From NCBI GenBank assembly GCA_001002285.1, contig LCLX01000004.1:6885-70884 (forward strand): a DNA stretch of 64,000 nt, given 5' to 3'. Below, piece by piece: positions 52,818-63,273 of this stretch (the first letter of the stretch is position 1; every line of letters begins with the position of its first letter). The notes under the pieces were generated by a model. That model was not told where the DNA came from, did not search any database, and saw nothing but the letters and a program-made list of their open reading frames with translations. This stretch comes from Microgenomates group bacterium GW2011_GWC1_46_15 (lineage in GTDB: Bacteria > Patescibacteriota > Microgenomatia > UBA1400 > UBA12028). A program made the position numbers and the translations under genes.

Positions 52818-53528
52818 ATGGCATACGACGCGAGCAGAATATCCCGATATCAACAAAAAAAGATGATGTGGCAGACACTTGTCTTTTTCCTTCTTTCAGT
52901 CGCATTGTTATCGGTGTTCTTTTTTCTCCTTCTCCCTTCGATCGCACGCCTGTACACCGCGTTTTCACCAAAATCTTCCATAACCACGACAAACGATGCG
53001 TTTCCCCCACAGGTTCCAATCGTTGTTCCTCTTCCGGAGGCAACGAACAGTGCGAAACTTGTTGTTGGGGGCATTGGTGAAGCCAATACCTCTATGGTAT
53101 TACAAAACAATGGGTCTGTTGTGCAAGAGGTACGTGCGAGCGCAGACGGTTCGTTTGCATTTGAGCCCATCTTTCTCACCGATGGAAACAATGACATTCT
53201 TGTTGTTTCCCGCAACGATCAAAAAGCCGAGTCGCGTTCGCAAACCCAAACCGTCCTCTTGAAAACAACCAAACCTCAACTATCTGTTACTGCCCCGCAG
53301 GATGGTGCGGTGTTTACCCGAACTAAGGATCAGACCGTTTCTGTCCAAGGAAAAACAGATCCAAATGTTCAGACATTACTCAATGGAAAGCTTTTAATTA
53401 CAACATCGGATGGAAGTTTTGTTGGAACATACTTGTTGGGCCAAGGTGAAAATACACTAAAAATTCAAGCCATTGATCAAGCAGGTAACATGACCGAACA
53501 AGAAGTTAAAGTCACGTATCAACCGTAA
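52818..53528 (+). CDS. Membrane-anchored surface protein with Ig-like/beta-sandwich repeats
   Basis: N-terminal TM helix followed by a Thr/Ser/Val/Gln-rich beta-strand region. 236 aa. Confidence 0.45.
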   Translation: MAYDASRISRYQQKKMMWQTLVFFLLSVALLSVFFFLLLPSIARLYTAFSPKSSITTTNDAFPPQVPIVVPLPEATNSAKLVVGGIGEANTSMVLQNNGSVVQEVRASADGSFAFEPIFLTDGNNDILVVSRNDQKAESRSQTQTVLLKTTKPQLSVTAPQDGAVFTRTKDQTVSVQGKTDPNVQTLLNGKLLITTSDGSFVGTYLLGQGENTLKIQAIDQAGNMTEQEVKVTYQP

Positions 53529-53531
53529 TGG

Positions 53532-54755
53532 TTATGAGCGACGTAATGCGCGATATGCAAAAAAGATGTGTAGGGGTTGAATAAGTAGGTAAGAAAAGAA
53601 TATTGCCATACCCGCACCAACAAGTCCACGACTTTGAGAAAGTGGAATAAGCAAGCCAACCATCGCAACAAGATGAAGCAAAAGAATTCCTGCGTTGTAC
53701 GACGGTTTCCTAATAGCAAGATATAGTTGATACATCACGGTGTTTATTGCCTGAAAAAATCCTGATCCAAGAAGCCATGGCAGAATGGCAACGATAGGAA
53801 TCCACTGCTTACCAAGCACCAGTGTCACGAAAAACATCGGGTACGCAAAAAGTAATGCCATAGGAATAAGAAGGAAAAACGCTAATGGAACAACAGATCG
53901 GAAAAATGCTCTTCTTAATCTTTTTCTATCTTGATAAATCGAGGTATAAATCGGAAAAACCGTTTGCGCGCTGAGATCGCCAAACTCACCGACGCTAGAC
54001 TGAGCAACACGAAACGTTGTCTGATAATATCCCAGCGCTTGTGTTCCAAGAAGTTTTCCAATAATGAGATCATCCAAATTATTTACAAGAAACACGAGCA
54101 GTCCTCCAATGTTCAACCATCCGCTTGCCCGCAAAATATCTTTTAGACGCGCCATCTGAATAAGAAACTTCGGTCTTGGCGAAACAAAAATGTGTGAAAT
54201 AACAACTTCTGCAACTGCAGAAACAATAAGCGCGAGCACAAGCGCCTCGGCAGAACGCAGCCATAATGCGAGGAAAATAGCCCCGATTGTTTCTATGAAC
54301 GCGAGAATGCCCCGAATAACAACCTCGTTCGCATACCGCAGGGCATTCCAGTATTTAATAATGGCGGGGTTAATAAATCCCTTAATCCAGGGAATTGTCG
54401 CAGCAAGGCACAACATAAGAAAAAGGCGGGGTTCTGCGTAAAATGTTGGCAAAAAGAACGCTGTACCGAAAAGAAGTGCTGTAATAAGTAGCCCACGGAT
54501 AATAGAAACAACCCAGGCAGTGTTTACATACTTTTCATACTGACCGCCGCGTTGAATAAGGAATGTGTTAATGCCCGTTTCAGACAATCGTTCTACCAAC
54601 GCAAGTACAGCGGTTGTAATGCCAAAGACACCAAAATCTCTTGGACTTAAAAGACGGGCAAGGATAATAATGCGGCCTACTGCAAGCGCTTTTGTGCCAA
54701 TTTTTAAAGTGGAAAGCCATCCAAATCCCTCAAGAGCCTTTTTTGTGTATCCCAT
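53532..54755 (-). CDS. Wzx-type oligosaccharide flippase (MOP superfamily polysaccharide biosynthesis protein)
   Basis: 407 aa, about 12 TM helices, Wzx-like N-terminus. Confidence 0.7.
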   Translation of the reverse strand: MGYTKKALEGFGWLSTLKIGTKALAVGRIIILARLLSPRDFGVFGITTAVLALVERLSETGINTFLIQRGGQYEKYVNTAWVVSIIRGLLITALLFGTAFFLPTFYAEPRLFLMLCLAATIPWIKGFINPAIIKYWNALRYANEVVIRGILAFIETIGAIFLALWLRSAEALVLALIVSAVAEVVISHIFVSPRPKFLIQMARLKDILRASGWLNIGGLLVFLVNNLDDLIIGKLLGTQALGYYQTTFRVAQSSVGEFGDLSAQTVFPIYTSIYQDRKRLRRAFFRSVVPLAFFLLIPMALLFAYPMFFVTLVLGKQWIPIVAILPWLLGSGFFQAINTVMYQLYLAIRKPSYNAGILLLHLVAMVGLLIPLSQSRGLVGAGMAIFFSYLLIQPLHIFFAYRALRRS

Positions 54756-54814
54756 GGAGTCATCATATCATGCAGAAACATGCGGAATATTATGCATGTG
54801 CGAATGGGCCATTT

Positions 54815-56002
54815 TTACATACGGCGCGATACCGTTGCCATGCTCCACAGTATAACCATAATCCACGGATAAAACAGGAGATTGTTCCAAAATGACCCCA
54901 CTACAATGGCAACATACAACCCGGCAAGATATGGGGAGACACGGACTTTTTTAAAAAGAAGAATCAAAAAAGCAATATAAAGCGCAAACCCCGGTATACC
55001 TGTTGATTGGAGTACGTGAAGATAACTATTATCCGGCGCCGAGGAGTGAGAAGCTAACCATGACACTTGTGGAACCCGCCCCGCTTGTTTGAGATACCAT
55101 CCGTCACCGATAACGAACGTTTGCAATGAAAATGATTGAACGGTTGAACGGAACGATGTTATGCGCGCCGTGATACTTGCAGTGCGTTCAAGACGAGTAC
55201 CCTCACTTGCCAACCGCGGCAAAAAAATGATTCCTATCGTCAAAGCGATAATTCCTAGAAGCATGTTTTTCTTTTTCAGTAATACTGATGTTGTAACCAT
55301 TCCGGCGACAACGCTGACATATCCCGCGCGCGAGTACGTAAGAAGCAACGCTAAAAATAATAAGAGATACATTGCATACTTCTTCCATACTGGAGATACT
55401 GTGAAAATGGGTACCATAAATAATGCAGAACATATGACAGCTGCAGAAAATGCAGGATCAAAAAGTGTTGAGATCAGTCGGAAATAGTGATCGTCCCACC
55501 CAAGGTGCTGGAGAAACCGCATATCGGGGAAGATCGCGTACTGTACAAGGCCGATTCCGGCGATTCCTAAACCCAATCCAAGAACCCTCCATGAAATATC
55601 CCGTTTTGTGATGTATTGGCGCTTTATCCCCAAAACAAAGATGGGATATACCGAAACATACAATAAAAACCGTACCGCGTATAAAACACCAATGGACCAA
55701 AACTGGTTTTGCCGCAAAAACGCGAGAATCAACCCTATGATAAGCCATGAAAAAAATAGAACGAGTACTTTGCTCCACGATTTTGACCACATTGTGTTCC
55801 ACGCCCACCGACCATGTGCGCCCCACAACCAAAAAACTCCAACGGCAAGAACAATTTCGTGCAGAGAAAATGCAATGCCGTTTCTTAAACCAACGCGTTG
55901 AAACTGTCCCAAAATAAGAAGTCCCCAAAATACTAAAAACATCACTCGATATACAAAAGATGAGAGATCAAACTTATTTTTCATATATTTGTATCCTGAC
56001 AA
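54815..56002 (-). CDS. O-antigen ligase / Wzy-like polymerase family membrane protein
   Basis: 395 aa, polytopic, with the large periplasmic loop typical of the WaaL/Wzy family. Confidence 0.6.
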   Translation of the reverse strand: MSGYKYMKNKFDLSSFVYRVMFLVFWGLLILGQFQRVGLRNGIAFSLHEIVLAVGVFWLWGAHGRWAWNTMWSKSWSKVLVLFFSWLIIGLILAFLRQNQFWSIGVLYAVRFLLYVSVYPIFVLGIKRQYITKRDISWRVLGLGLGIAGIGLVQYAIFPDMRFLQHLGWDDHYFRLISTLFDPAFSAAVICSALFMVPIFTVSPVWKKYAMYLLLFLALLLTYSRAGYVSVVAGMVTTSVLLKKKNMLLGIIALTIGIIFLPRLASEGTRLERTASITARITSFRSTVQSFSLQTFVIGDGWYLKQAGRVPQVSWLASHSSAPDNSYLHVLQSTGIPGFALYIAFLILLFKKVRVSPYLAGLYVAIVVGSFWNNLLFYPWIMVILWSMATVSRRM

Positions 56003-56717
56003 TACACGAGTGCAGGCTCATCATATATGCCATTGCCAATCCGGGAAATCCATCAAGAAAACCTCGTTTTAATACATAATTCACAAAAAATTTCGCGGAA
56101 GGATACACAAGAACTTTAAAAAGAGAAAACCGTTCTCCGTTGCGCTTTCTATACTGCGCCTCCATGGTTGTGTACACAATAATTTTATCGAGAAAAGAGG
56201 AGATAGAATCATGCGGCGTGTGCATGAGTGGGTGTTTGAGAGTACCGATGTTCCCGGAAATGCTCCACGTTTCGTGCACCGGCCGTTGCCAATATCCTGT
56301 ATCGCGCTTTGCAAGGCGCAAAAACCGCGCGTGCCCCGTCTCTCCGTGGTGAAGTTTTTTCTGCATAAAAATGTCAGTCCGCTTCAGCATGTATCCATTG
56401 CAGTTGCCAGTACGAAGTGCTGCACGTATTTCGTGCATGAATGCTTCTGGAACATACTCATCTGTGTCAAGAAAAAATATCCAGTCCGTATGCGCCAGCG
56501 TTAGTCCATAGTTTCGTTGTTTCGCATAGTTATCCGACAGAGGTGAACGCACGTATTCTGCGCGGTATTTGAGAGCGATGCGTTGCGTATCGTCGGTAGA
56601 GTTATCATCAAGAACAATACGGGCGTCACACCATTGAACCGATCGTAATGCCCGTTCAAGAGACCGCGCGTTATTTTTACTGAGAATTACCGCCGAGATC
56701 GTGGAGGTTTTTGCCAT
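55974..56717 (-). CDS. Glycosyltransferase family 2 (GT-A), small soluble type
   Basis: SAVILSKNNARSL...DDNSTDDT...DTDE, i.e. a DXD motif. Confidence 0.8.
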   Translation of the reverse strand: MAKTSTISAVILSKNNARSLERALRSVQWCDARIVLDDNSTDDTQRIALKYRAEYVRSPLSDNYAKQRNYGLTLAHTDWIFFLDTDEYVPEAFMHEIRAALRTGNCNGYMLKRTDIFMQKKLHHGETGHARFLRLAKRDTGYWQRPVHETWSISGNIGTLKHPLMHTPHDSISSFLDKIIVYTTMEAQYRKRNGERFSLFKVLVYPSAKFFVNYVLKRGFLDGFPGLAMAYMMSLHSCIVRIQIYEK

Positions 56718-58498
56718 GACACTATCTTAGCAGAGTGTGGTCGAAATACTGAAAAAAGGAAGAGTTCAAGCATGATAAGGGCTACTCCAAAACTTATTCT
56801 TTTTGAGAAAAACCGCACGGGTGTATCAACAAACTTTACCTCAACGTCGTATTTCCCCCGCAAAAGCGAGAACATTGGAAATCCTGGGGAAGATGCATTG
56901 GTAAAACTCATTGGGTATGAACGTTCATCCACAAACACGGTCCATCCGGGGAAGTACAACGTATTTTCTTTCAGTATCGCCGTATCCGAATCTACGCGTA
57001 CGGTATATCTGTGTGTTGTTGAAGTACGGTACGTTTGTGTGATCTCCGCTTTGCCCTGTGTGATTTCCATCGGCGTTTTGGGTGGTTTTAACATATCGGT
57101 ATCTACCCAAACCGTTCTACCGGGACCAACTTTTGTAAAACTTTGAAGAAGGTTGGCGCGTATTGTCGCGTCCGTCACATTCAATACTGTCTTCCTATTT
57201 CCCCAATTAAGGATTGTTATGCCAATCGTAATAGCGCAGACTACCAAAACGATGGTGGGACGTTTTATATACTTTGCGAGAATACCGATGAGTATGGATG
57301 AAAGAAACGCCAAAAGGAGAAGCAGTCTATACGAAAACTGGAACCCATGAAGAAGTGTGATGGATGTCCATATCGGTTGTGATACTTTCTGAGTCATAAA
57401 GAAAAGAGTAATGAATGCGCCAAGTACCATCGCATACAAAACTTTTTCACGGTAAATCATACTTTTTGAAGAAAAAAACTTGCTCAATATGCCAAATATA
57501 TGGCCTTTGTTTTTTATGAGAAGCAATAAAGAAAGGGCGATACCAATCCAGTGGATATATCCAAGAATGAATGAAAGCTCCCCTTGATGTCCTTGATATA
57601 AGAAGCCCCATCGCCAAGGAGAGTAAAAAAACTCGCGCATTGTGGGAAACTCTATTGTTCCCGCCGAAAGAATATTGGTGTATTTTGACTCAACAAGAAG
57701 TGGAAGCCAATAAAAAAGAGTCAGCGCGAGCGTGAGAATAAACCCTGCTCCAACAAAAATGGTGTACCGCAATTTTTGCAAATTCGTAGGATACAACGTC
57801 GCCGCGTACATCAATAAAAGTGGGAGTGTGATAAGCGCAATTGCTTGATGAGAAAGAATAAGTAAACCAAATGCAAAAGCGAACCCCATCAAATTTTTAT
57901 ATGACAATGTTTTACTCATGTTTTTAAGCATGAAAAAACAGAATGGGAGGATCATGAACGCGATCGTTTCGCCCAAAGCCACTCGGAAGTGCATGTCTAT
58001 CAAGTGATATGGGGCAAAGAGATAGAAAACGGCAGCAGTAAAAGCAGATATATCACTTTGAAGTTCTTTTTTTACAAACGCGTATATCCCAACTCCAGAA
58101 CCAATAAATGAAACAATGAGAAGCGCCTTGATGCTGTCAATGAATGAAAAACCTGCAACGTGGAACAGAGAAATGGCGTAGTACGGAAAAGGGTATGTGA
58201 ATGCATACAGGGGATATCCGTTTCCCTGTAAAAAATAACTATTCCAGATCGGGACAACATTCCCCTCCTTGAGTGAATCAAAAAATGGCATTGCAAATGT
58301 TGCATGAATTGCGAGATCACCGCTTTCGTACGAACCTGGTCTCAAAATACTCCACAGTGGAAGGAGAGAAAGAAGTATGAGGACAAAAAACAACTTCAAT
58401 TTTTTCTTTGGAAAGATATACCGGTAAACAAACAGCGCTGCTACTAGGCCAAACGTTATAATCGCGCTGATCACAACCATGTTGTAGGGTTCTGGCAT
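56687..58498 (-). CDS. Large polytopic GT-C-like membrane protein (YfhO-like) with C-terminal extracytoplasmic domain
   Basis: About 600 aa with more than 12 TM helices, then a soluble C-terminal domain. 31-nt overlap with the upstream GT2. Start placed at MPEPYNM (AGGA 8 nt upstream). Confidence 0.5.
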   Translation of the reverse strand: MPEPYNMVVISAIITFGLVAALFVYRYIFPKKKLKLFFVLILLSLLPLWSILRPGSYESGDLAIHATFAMPFFDSLKEGNVVPIWNSYFLQGNGYPLYAFTYPFPYYAISLFHVAGFSFIDSIKALLIVSFIGSGVGIYAFVKKELQSDISAFTAAVFYLFAPYHLIDMHFRVALGETIAFMILPFCFFMLKNMSKTLSYKNLMGFAFAFGLLILSHQAIALITLPLLLMYAATLYPTNLQKLRYTIFVGAGFILTLALTLFYWLPLLVESKYTNILSAGTIEFPTMREFFYSPWRWGFLYQGHQGELSFILGYIHWIGIALSLLLLIKNKGHIFGILSKFFSSKSMIYREKVLYAMVLGAFITLFFMTQKVSQPIWTSITLLHGFQFSYRLLLLLAFLSSILIGILAKYIKRPTIVLVVCAITIGITILNWGNRKTVLNVTDATIRANLLQSFTKVGPGRTVWVDTDMLKPPKTPMEITQGKAEITQTYRTSTTHRYTVRVDSDTAILKENTLYFPGWTVFVDERSYPMSFTNASSPGFPMFSLLRGKYDVEVKFVDTPVRFFSKRISFGVALIMLELFLFSVFRPHSAKIVSWQKPPRSRR

Positions 58499-58534
58499 AC
58501 TGCACATCCTATACGTATATACTAGAATCACACG

Positions 58535-59347
58535 ATGACACCTCACATATTGTATACGATGAGCGCTGAACGGGTTGACATTGATCATCCAGAGCTTTCG
58601 GCGTTTTTCTTTCAACAACAAGCCGCGTATACCTTTTGTATGAAGTACTGCAAAAATAAAACAGTACTAGAGATTGGAAGTGGCAGTGGGTATGGAGCAA
58701 ATAGAATCGCCGACGTAGCAACCTCAGTCTTGTGCATAGATAAAGACAAAACAAGTATTGAAAAAAGTAAAACCATTTTTCAGAAAAAAAATATACAGTT
58801 TGCTTGCACAAGCATAGAATGTTTTCATCCACGTCAAAAATTTGACGTCATTATTTCTCTGCAGGTTATCGAGCACATTTCTCCTAAACACCTAGATCAA
58901 TACCTTCGCACCATACAAAAATCGTTAAAACCGGATGGTGTGTGTATTTTTTCTACTCCGAATGCGCCGCGTTCTTCATATAATGAAAATCCGTATCATT
59001 TTATAGAGTACTCTGGAGATGCGTTACGCCGCATATTGTTGAAGTACTTTGCCAAAGTCAAACTCTATGGGGTAATGGGAGATGCTCAAGTGGAACGTTT
59101 TGAAGATGCTAGAAAACGACGCGTTTTTTCTTTTTTTTCTTTTGATCCGTTTTCTCTGAGAAAGCTTTTTCCAAGAAAAATCCGTCAATTTTTATTTGAT
59201 CTTGCGTCATTTGCGAATAGAAAAGCGCTCAACGCTCAAATAGCTGAGTTTCGTTCAATTTCAGAGAAAAACTATCGTATTAGCCCGTTTAACTCAAACT
59301 CGGCAATAGATAGTATCGCCGTATGCCGAAAGCCAACCGCGTTGTAA
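58535..59347 (+). CDS. Class I SAM-dependent methyltransferase
   Basis: SAM-binding motif VLEIGSGSGYGA. Confidence 0.75.
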   Translation: MTPHILYTMSAERVDIDHPELSAFFFQQQAAYTFCMKYCKNKTVLEIGSGSGYGANRIADVATSVLCIDKDKTSIEKSKTIFQKKNIQFACTSIECFHPRQKFDVIISLQVIEHISPKHLDQYLRTIQKSLKPDGVCIFSTPNAPRSSYNENPYHFIEYSGDALRRILLKYFAKVKLYGVMGDAQVERFEDARKRRVFSFFSFDPFSLRKLFPRKIRQFLFDLASFANRKALNAQIAEFRSISEKNYRISPFNSNSAIDSIAVCRKPTAL

Positions 59348-60218
59348 GATACTGCGCGCTCTCAACTCCAAGAAAAAGTAAAAACCGCAAAAGAATACCT
59401 GTGTATACAAACGTGTTTGCCATTGTGATGTGATGATGCGCGTAGTGCTTGCGGTAGTAATGCGCCATGCCCTTGTGGAAAAGATACACCGCTTTTAGCC
59501 GGAACTGGCGCGTCGTTCCTCCATGAATGTGCATAATCGCGATATGCGGGTAATAATACACTTTCCATTCCGATTGTATTGCCCTATAGCAATAATCGGT
59601 ATCTTCACAGTACATATAAAAACGTTCGTCTAAACGACCAACATCCTTCCAAGTCTTTCTTCGAATAAGCATGAACGCGCCAAGCACTCCGCCAACTTCC
59701 GTTGTACGGTTTTCGTTCGTGTATGTCATGTAGTAGTTTAGTTTTTTTGCAAAAGGAAATAGTGTGTACAAACCAAAAGTTTGGAAGACTACGTTTTTTA
59801 TTGTCGGAACCGCGTGGCGGCATGGAAGATCCAATTGTTTGTTGTACTTTAGTACTTTGCATCCTGCGACACCAATCTCAGTATGATCATCAAGAAACGC
59901 AATCATTCTCCAGAGTTGAGAATTTTTTGTAAACAACACGTCTGAGTTTAAATGCAGAATATATCGGCCTTTTGCCAACTTTGTTCCTTTGTTATATGTT
60001 TTACTGTATCCAAGATTTTTTGCATTTCTTAACACAGTAATCTTGGGGAAAAGCGCGCGGATGTCGTGATATGTTCCATCTGTTGAAGCATCGTCAATGA
60101 GAATTATTTCAAACGTGATACGTTTTGTGTGCTGATAAATAGAACGCAGTGTTTTGCGAATTAATTCTTTTGAGTTATATGTGCCAATAATGATGGAAAG
60201 ATCGATCGGCTTTTTCAT
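59289..60218 (-). CDS. Glycosyltransferase family 2
   Basis: LSIIIGTYN...IDDASTDGT...NSDV. Confidence 0.8.
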   Translation of the reverse strand: MKKPIDLSIIIGTYNSKELIRKTLRSIYQHTKRITFEIILIDDASTDGTYHDIRALFPKITVLRNAKNLGYSKTYNKGTKLAKGRYILHLNSDVLFTKNSQLWRMIAFLDDHTEIGVAGCKVLKYNKQLDLPCRHAVPTIKNVVFQTFGLYTLFPFAKKLNYYMTYTNENRTTEVGGVLGAFMLIRRKTWKDVGRLDERFYMYCEDTDYCYRAIQSEWKVYYYPHIAIMHIHGGTTRQFRLKAVYLFHKGMAHYYRKHYAHHHITMANTFVYTGILLRFLLFLGVESAQYLTTRLAFGIRRYYLLPSLS

Positions 60219-62362
60219 TCGATCACTGTACCACCCACAAGATTTTTTACAATCGTTACATCGCCAAACACGCGTTTTTCTACATCAACCGATGGAAGAA
60301 CGACGTCTTTTTCGAAAGATACGATATAGAGAACGCCACCGTCTCCGATTCTGCCACCTCGTATCGTGCTTAAGAACCGCATGCTATCTACGTATGTTGG
60401 AAATACTGCTCCCGTGTCGTATGACACAAAGCGTATTGGTTGTCCGCTAGCGTCGCGGACTACCCACTGCGCTGCCTCAATCGAGTTCACTATAGATGAT
60501 GTGTAAAAATGATTCTGGATAAGAAGGGTACCATTTTTTGCTATAAGCACAACGATTCCAAGTATAACCAGCCATCGTACATACTTTGATGTGATTCGAG
60601 ATACACCATACCCAAAGAGAATAGCGAGAAAGAGAGAAAACTGCGGAAAGTATGCCTCAGAAGGAGAGCCATGAATAACAACGCCAATACCCATCAATAT
60701 AAATCCTAAAAGTGAGTACAGCACGAGATGCGGTAACCGGCGTTTCCGGGAAACATAAAGACCAAAAAGAATGATTATTCCTACGCCTATGAGTGATATG
60801 TACTCGTTCCACCCAATCAATTTTTTGAGTTGTTCTGCAGACGCAATCAATGTGGTGGTAAATGTGTTCACCGTTACACCATGCCGCGCGTCAAATCCTG
60901 TGATAGCAACCGTACGGTATCCCGCCCAAGCGACAAGTCCACAAAGTTGGGTACAACGGTGCGTGAGATCATACAGTATTTGTGGAAGAAATCCTAAAAC
61001 TGCTCCAAAAAACACAGACTTCCAATACTTCAAACATATGTTTCTCTGTTTCACGCCTTGCCATACGAGAAGCCCGCTCAATGGAATAACCGCAAGCTCC
61101 CACTGGAACAACACGCCAAAGCTGAGTACTGCAAAAAATACACTCCACCGCGTTTTTACTGTTTCCATACGCTCCAGTGCAAAAAAGTATAGGAGTGTAA
61201 ATACTGGAACAGCAAAAAGATAAAATGGCATGCGGGAGTGAATAATTTCCATCGGCGATCCCGCCATAAGGAGTGCCCCCAGGAACGCCGGAGTCTTTCC
61301 TATGCGCTTTTCAAGCAGAACGTATAACAAACCAATACCCATCGTAGTGAGCACTGCCGCAAACAACGGTGGAGCAAACACCGACACTCCACCAAAAAGA
61401 AAACTCAATGCATCAAACCATATGTTGAGCGGGCCTTGCGCAAATCTTGGAATACTGGAAGGAATACCAAGCAAATCAAACGATTGGAAGCGTAACAATG
61501 ACAACGCGCGCAGATAATCTCTGCCAACATCGCCAATCACTGGAATATGAAGAAGATCATACGTCCGTAGAAAAAAACTTAATGCTAAAAGAGAAAAGAG
61601 TCTCCATTGTTCCGTAACGGTAAGCCAAGACTCTAAAAGAACTGCTTGTATGAATCCGAAATACTTTTTGAAGTACCGAAAACGGCTTTGCGTGAAATAC
61701 CGGCGTGTTTCTACCCCCTCACGTTGCGCTAAGCGGATAGAAACTTGGCGGGGATGATACGCCTGTGCATCAACTAAAAATACAACGCGTTTGCCGATCT
61801 GTTTCATGCGGGCACAAAGATCAAACTCTTCCCAGTACAAGAAAAATTGATGATCAAAACCGCCTATGCGGATAAAATCGTTTCTGCGGACTAGCATCGC
61901 CGCGCCGGAAATAACATTAACTTCACGTGTCGTTTTTCGATCCCATGTTTTGAGCCAATAGTTTTTAGAAACTGCATTATGTGGAAACAACCGATTTAAA
62001 AACGACAGCGCGACTGCTGCAACCGATGGCGTCGGCAGTTTTGTCGAAGATTGTTCAATATTTCCTTCTGCATTTAAAAACTGCGGACCAACAACTCCAA
62101 CATTTTTATGTTTTTGCATATACTCAAGCATTTTTTTTACTACTGGGATAGTGATCTCAACATCTGCATTCAAAAAGAGAAGATATTCTCCATGCGTTTG
62201 ACGCGCGCCCTCGTTGCATGCTGTTCCATACCCACGGTTGTGTACTGTGTTATCAACAATGACACACTCCCATCGTTTTTCTTTTGAAAGGTTCCGTTTT
62301 AACACTTGTGCCTGTGCAAAGTTTTTGTACGACACAATAACAATGGAAAGCAGCTTTTTCAT
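60215..62362 (-). CDS. Bifunctional GT2 glycosyltransferase fused to a C-terminal polytopic membrane domain and extracytoplasmic tail
   Basis: N-terminal LSIVIVSYKN...VDNT...NADV GT-A domain (about 260 aa), then about 10 TM helices and a soluble C-terminus. Start placed at MKKLLSIV. Confidence 0.65.
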   Translation of the reverse strand: MKKLLSIVIVSYKNFAQAQVLKRNLSKEKRWECVIVDNTVHNRGYGTACNEGARQTHGEYLLFLNADVEITIPVVKKMLEYMQKHKNVGVVGPQFLNAEGNIEQSSTKLPTPSVAAVALSFLNRLFPHNAVSKNYWLKTWDRKTTREVNVISGAAMLVRRNDFIRIGGFDHQFFLYWEEFDLCARMKQIGKRVVFLVDAQAYHPRQVSIRLAQREGVETRRYFTQSRFRYFKKYFGFIQAVLLESWLTVTEQWRLFSLLALSFFLRTYDLLHIPVIGDVGRDYLRALSLLRFQSFDLLGIPSSIPRFAQGPLNIWFDALSFLFGGVSVFAPPLFAAVLTTMGIGLLYVLLEKRIGKTPAFLGALLMAGSPMEIIHSRMPFYLFAVPVFTLLYFFALERMETVKTRWSVFFAVLSFGVLFQWELAVIPLSGLLVWQGVKQRNICLKYWKSVFFGAVLGFLPQILYDLTHRCTQLCGLVAWAGYRTVAITGFDARHGVTVNTFTTTLIASAEQLKKLIGWNEYISLIGVGIIILFGLYVSRKRRLPHLVLYSLLGFILMGIGVVIHGSPSEAYFPQFSLFLAILFGYGVSRITSKYVRWLVILGIVVLIAKNGTLLIQNHFYTSSIVNSIEAAQWVVRDASGQPIRFVSYDTGAVFPTYVDSMRFLSTIRGGRIGDGGVLYIVSFEKDVVLPSVDVEKRVFGDVTIVKNLVGGTVIE

Positions 62363-63273
62363 AGGTATGTATTCCACACATAGTGAAACATGCCGATTAT
62401 CGACCCACACATGACCCCGACATCTGAAGATACTTGGAGAAACGGAAGAAGATAGACTGCTGAAAAACTACGGACGTATCGCCAATTTTTCTGTATTGAC
62501 CAAAAAAAGTATGCCGGTAGCAAAAGGAGAGCAATCCATGGCATCCATATATACATAAGTAGCCAGACAGTATAACGCGCGAACATGAAAAGAACTTTGG
62601 GCCGAAAAATCCCCGCTTGCGTATCCCCAACTGCAAAACGAAATATTTGCTTCATCCACGTTAACCAATTTGCGGGAGGTAGCCATCGTACAACTGCTGA
62701 GCGGATAAATTTTATTTTGATTGACGAGTTTTTTAACGCGTGGGCAAACACATAATCTTCGTTCCACGTGTACCGCTCATCAAAACCGCCAACGCGTTTC
62801 CATACGGACTTCAATAGTGCCATTGAACGAGTTGCCGGGAGAAAGTTTCGTTCGTTCACGCGTTCCGGCATCACTAACATATACGCCGCCGCTGCACGTT
62901 CAAACGGCGTGTGGGCATTGGCTTCGTAGTATCCCGCAACAACATCAGTTTTTTTTGAAATTAGCGGGGCAGTGACGTTTTTTATCCAATCCCGCGCTGG
63001 AACACATCCTGCATCTGTCAACGCAATGATAGAATTTCTTGCTACCAAAATGCCAGCGTTTCTCCCAACAGACCGATTTCCTGACTTGCGGATGATCACT
63101 TTACGGAATGGCGGTTTCCACTGCATAAGTACACGATGTGTGCGGTCGGTTGACCCACCATCAACAATGACAACCTCATTGGGAAGTTTTGACTGGCGTT
63201 CCAATCCGGCAAAAAGATCAGCAAGATTACGCTCTTCATTTTTAACGGTGATAACTACCGAGATGTTTGCCAT
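62359..63273 (-). CDS. Glycosyltransferase family 2 with C-terminal TM anchors
   Basis: ISVVITVKNEE...VDGGSTDRT...TDAGCV, with a hydrophobic C-terminus. Confidence 0.8.
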   Translation of the reverse strand: MANISVVITVKNEERNLADLFAGLERQSKLPNEVVIVDGGSTDRTHRVLMQWKPPFRKVIIRKSGNRSVGRNAGILVARNSIIALTDAGCVPARDWIKNVTAPLISKKTDVVAGYYEANAHTPFERAAAAYMLVMPERVNERNFLPATRSMALLKSVWKRVGGFDERYTWNEDYVFAHALKNSSIKIKFIRSAVVRWLPPANWLTWMKQIFRFAVGDTQAGIFRPKVLFMFARYTVWLLMYIWMPWIALLLLPAYFFWSIQKNWRYVRSFSAVYLLPFLQVSSDVGVMCGSIIGMFHYVWNTYL

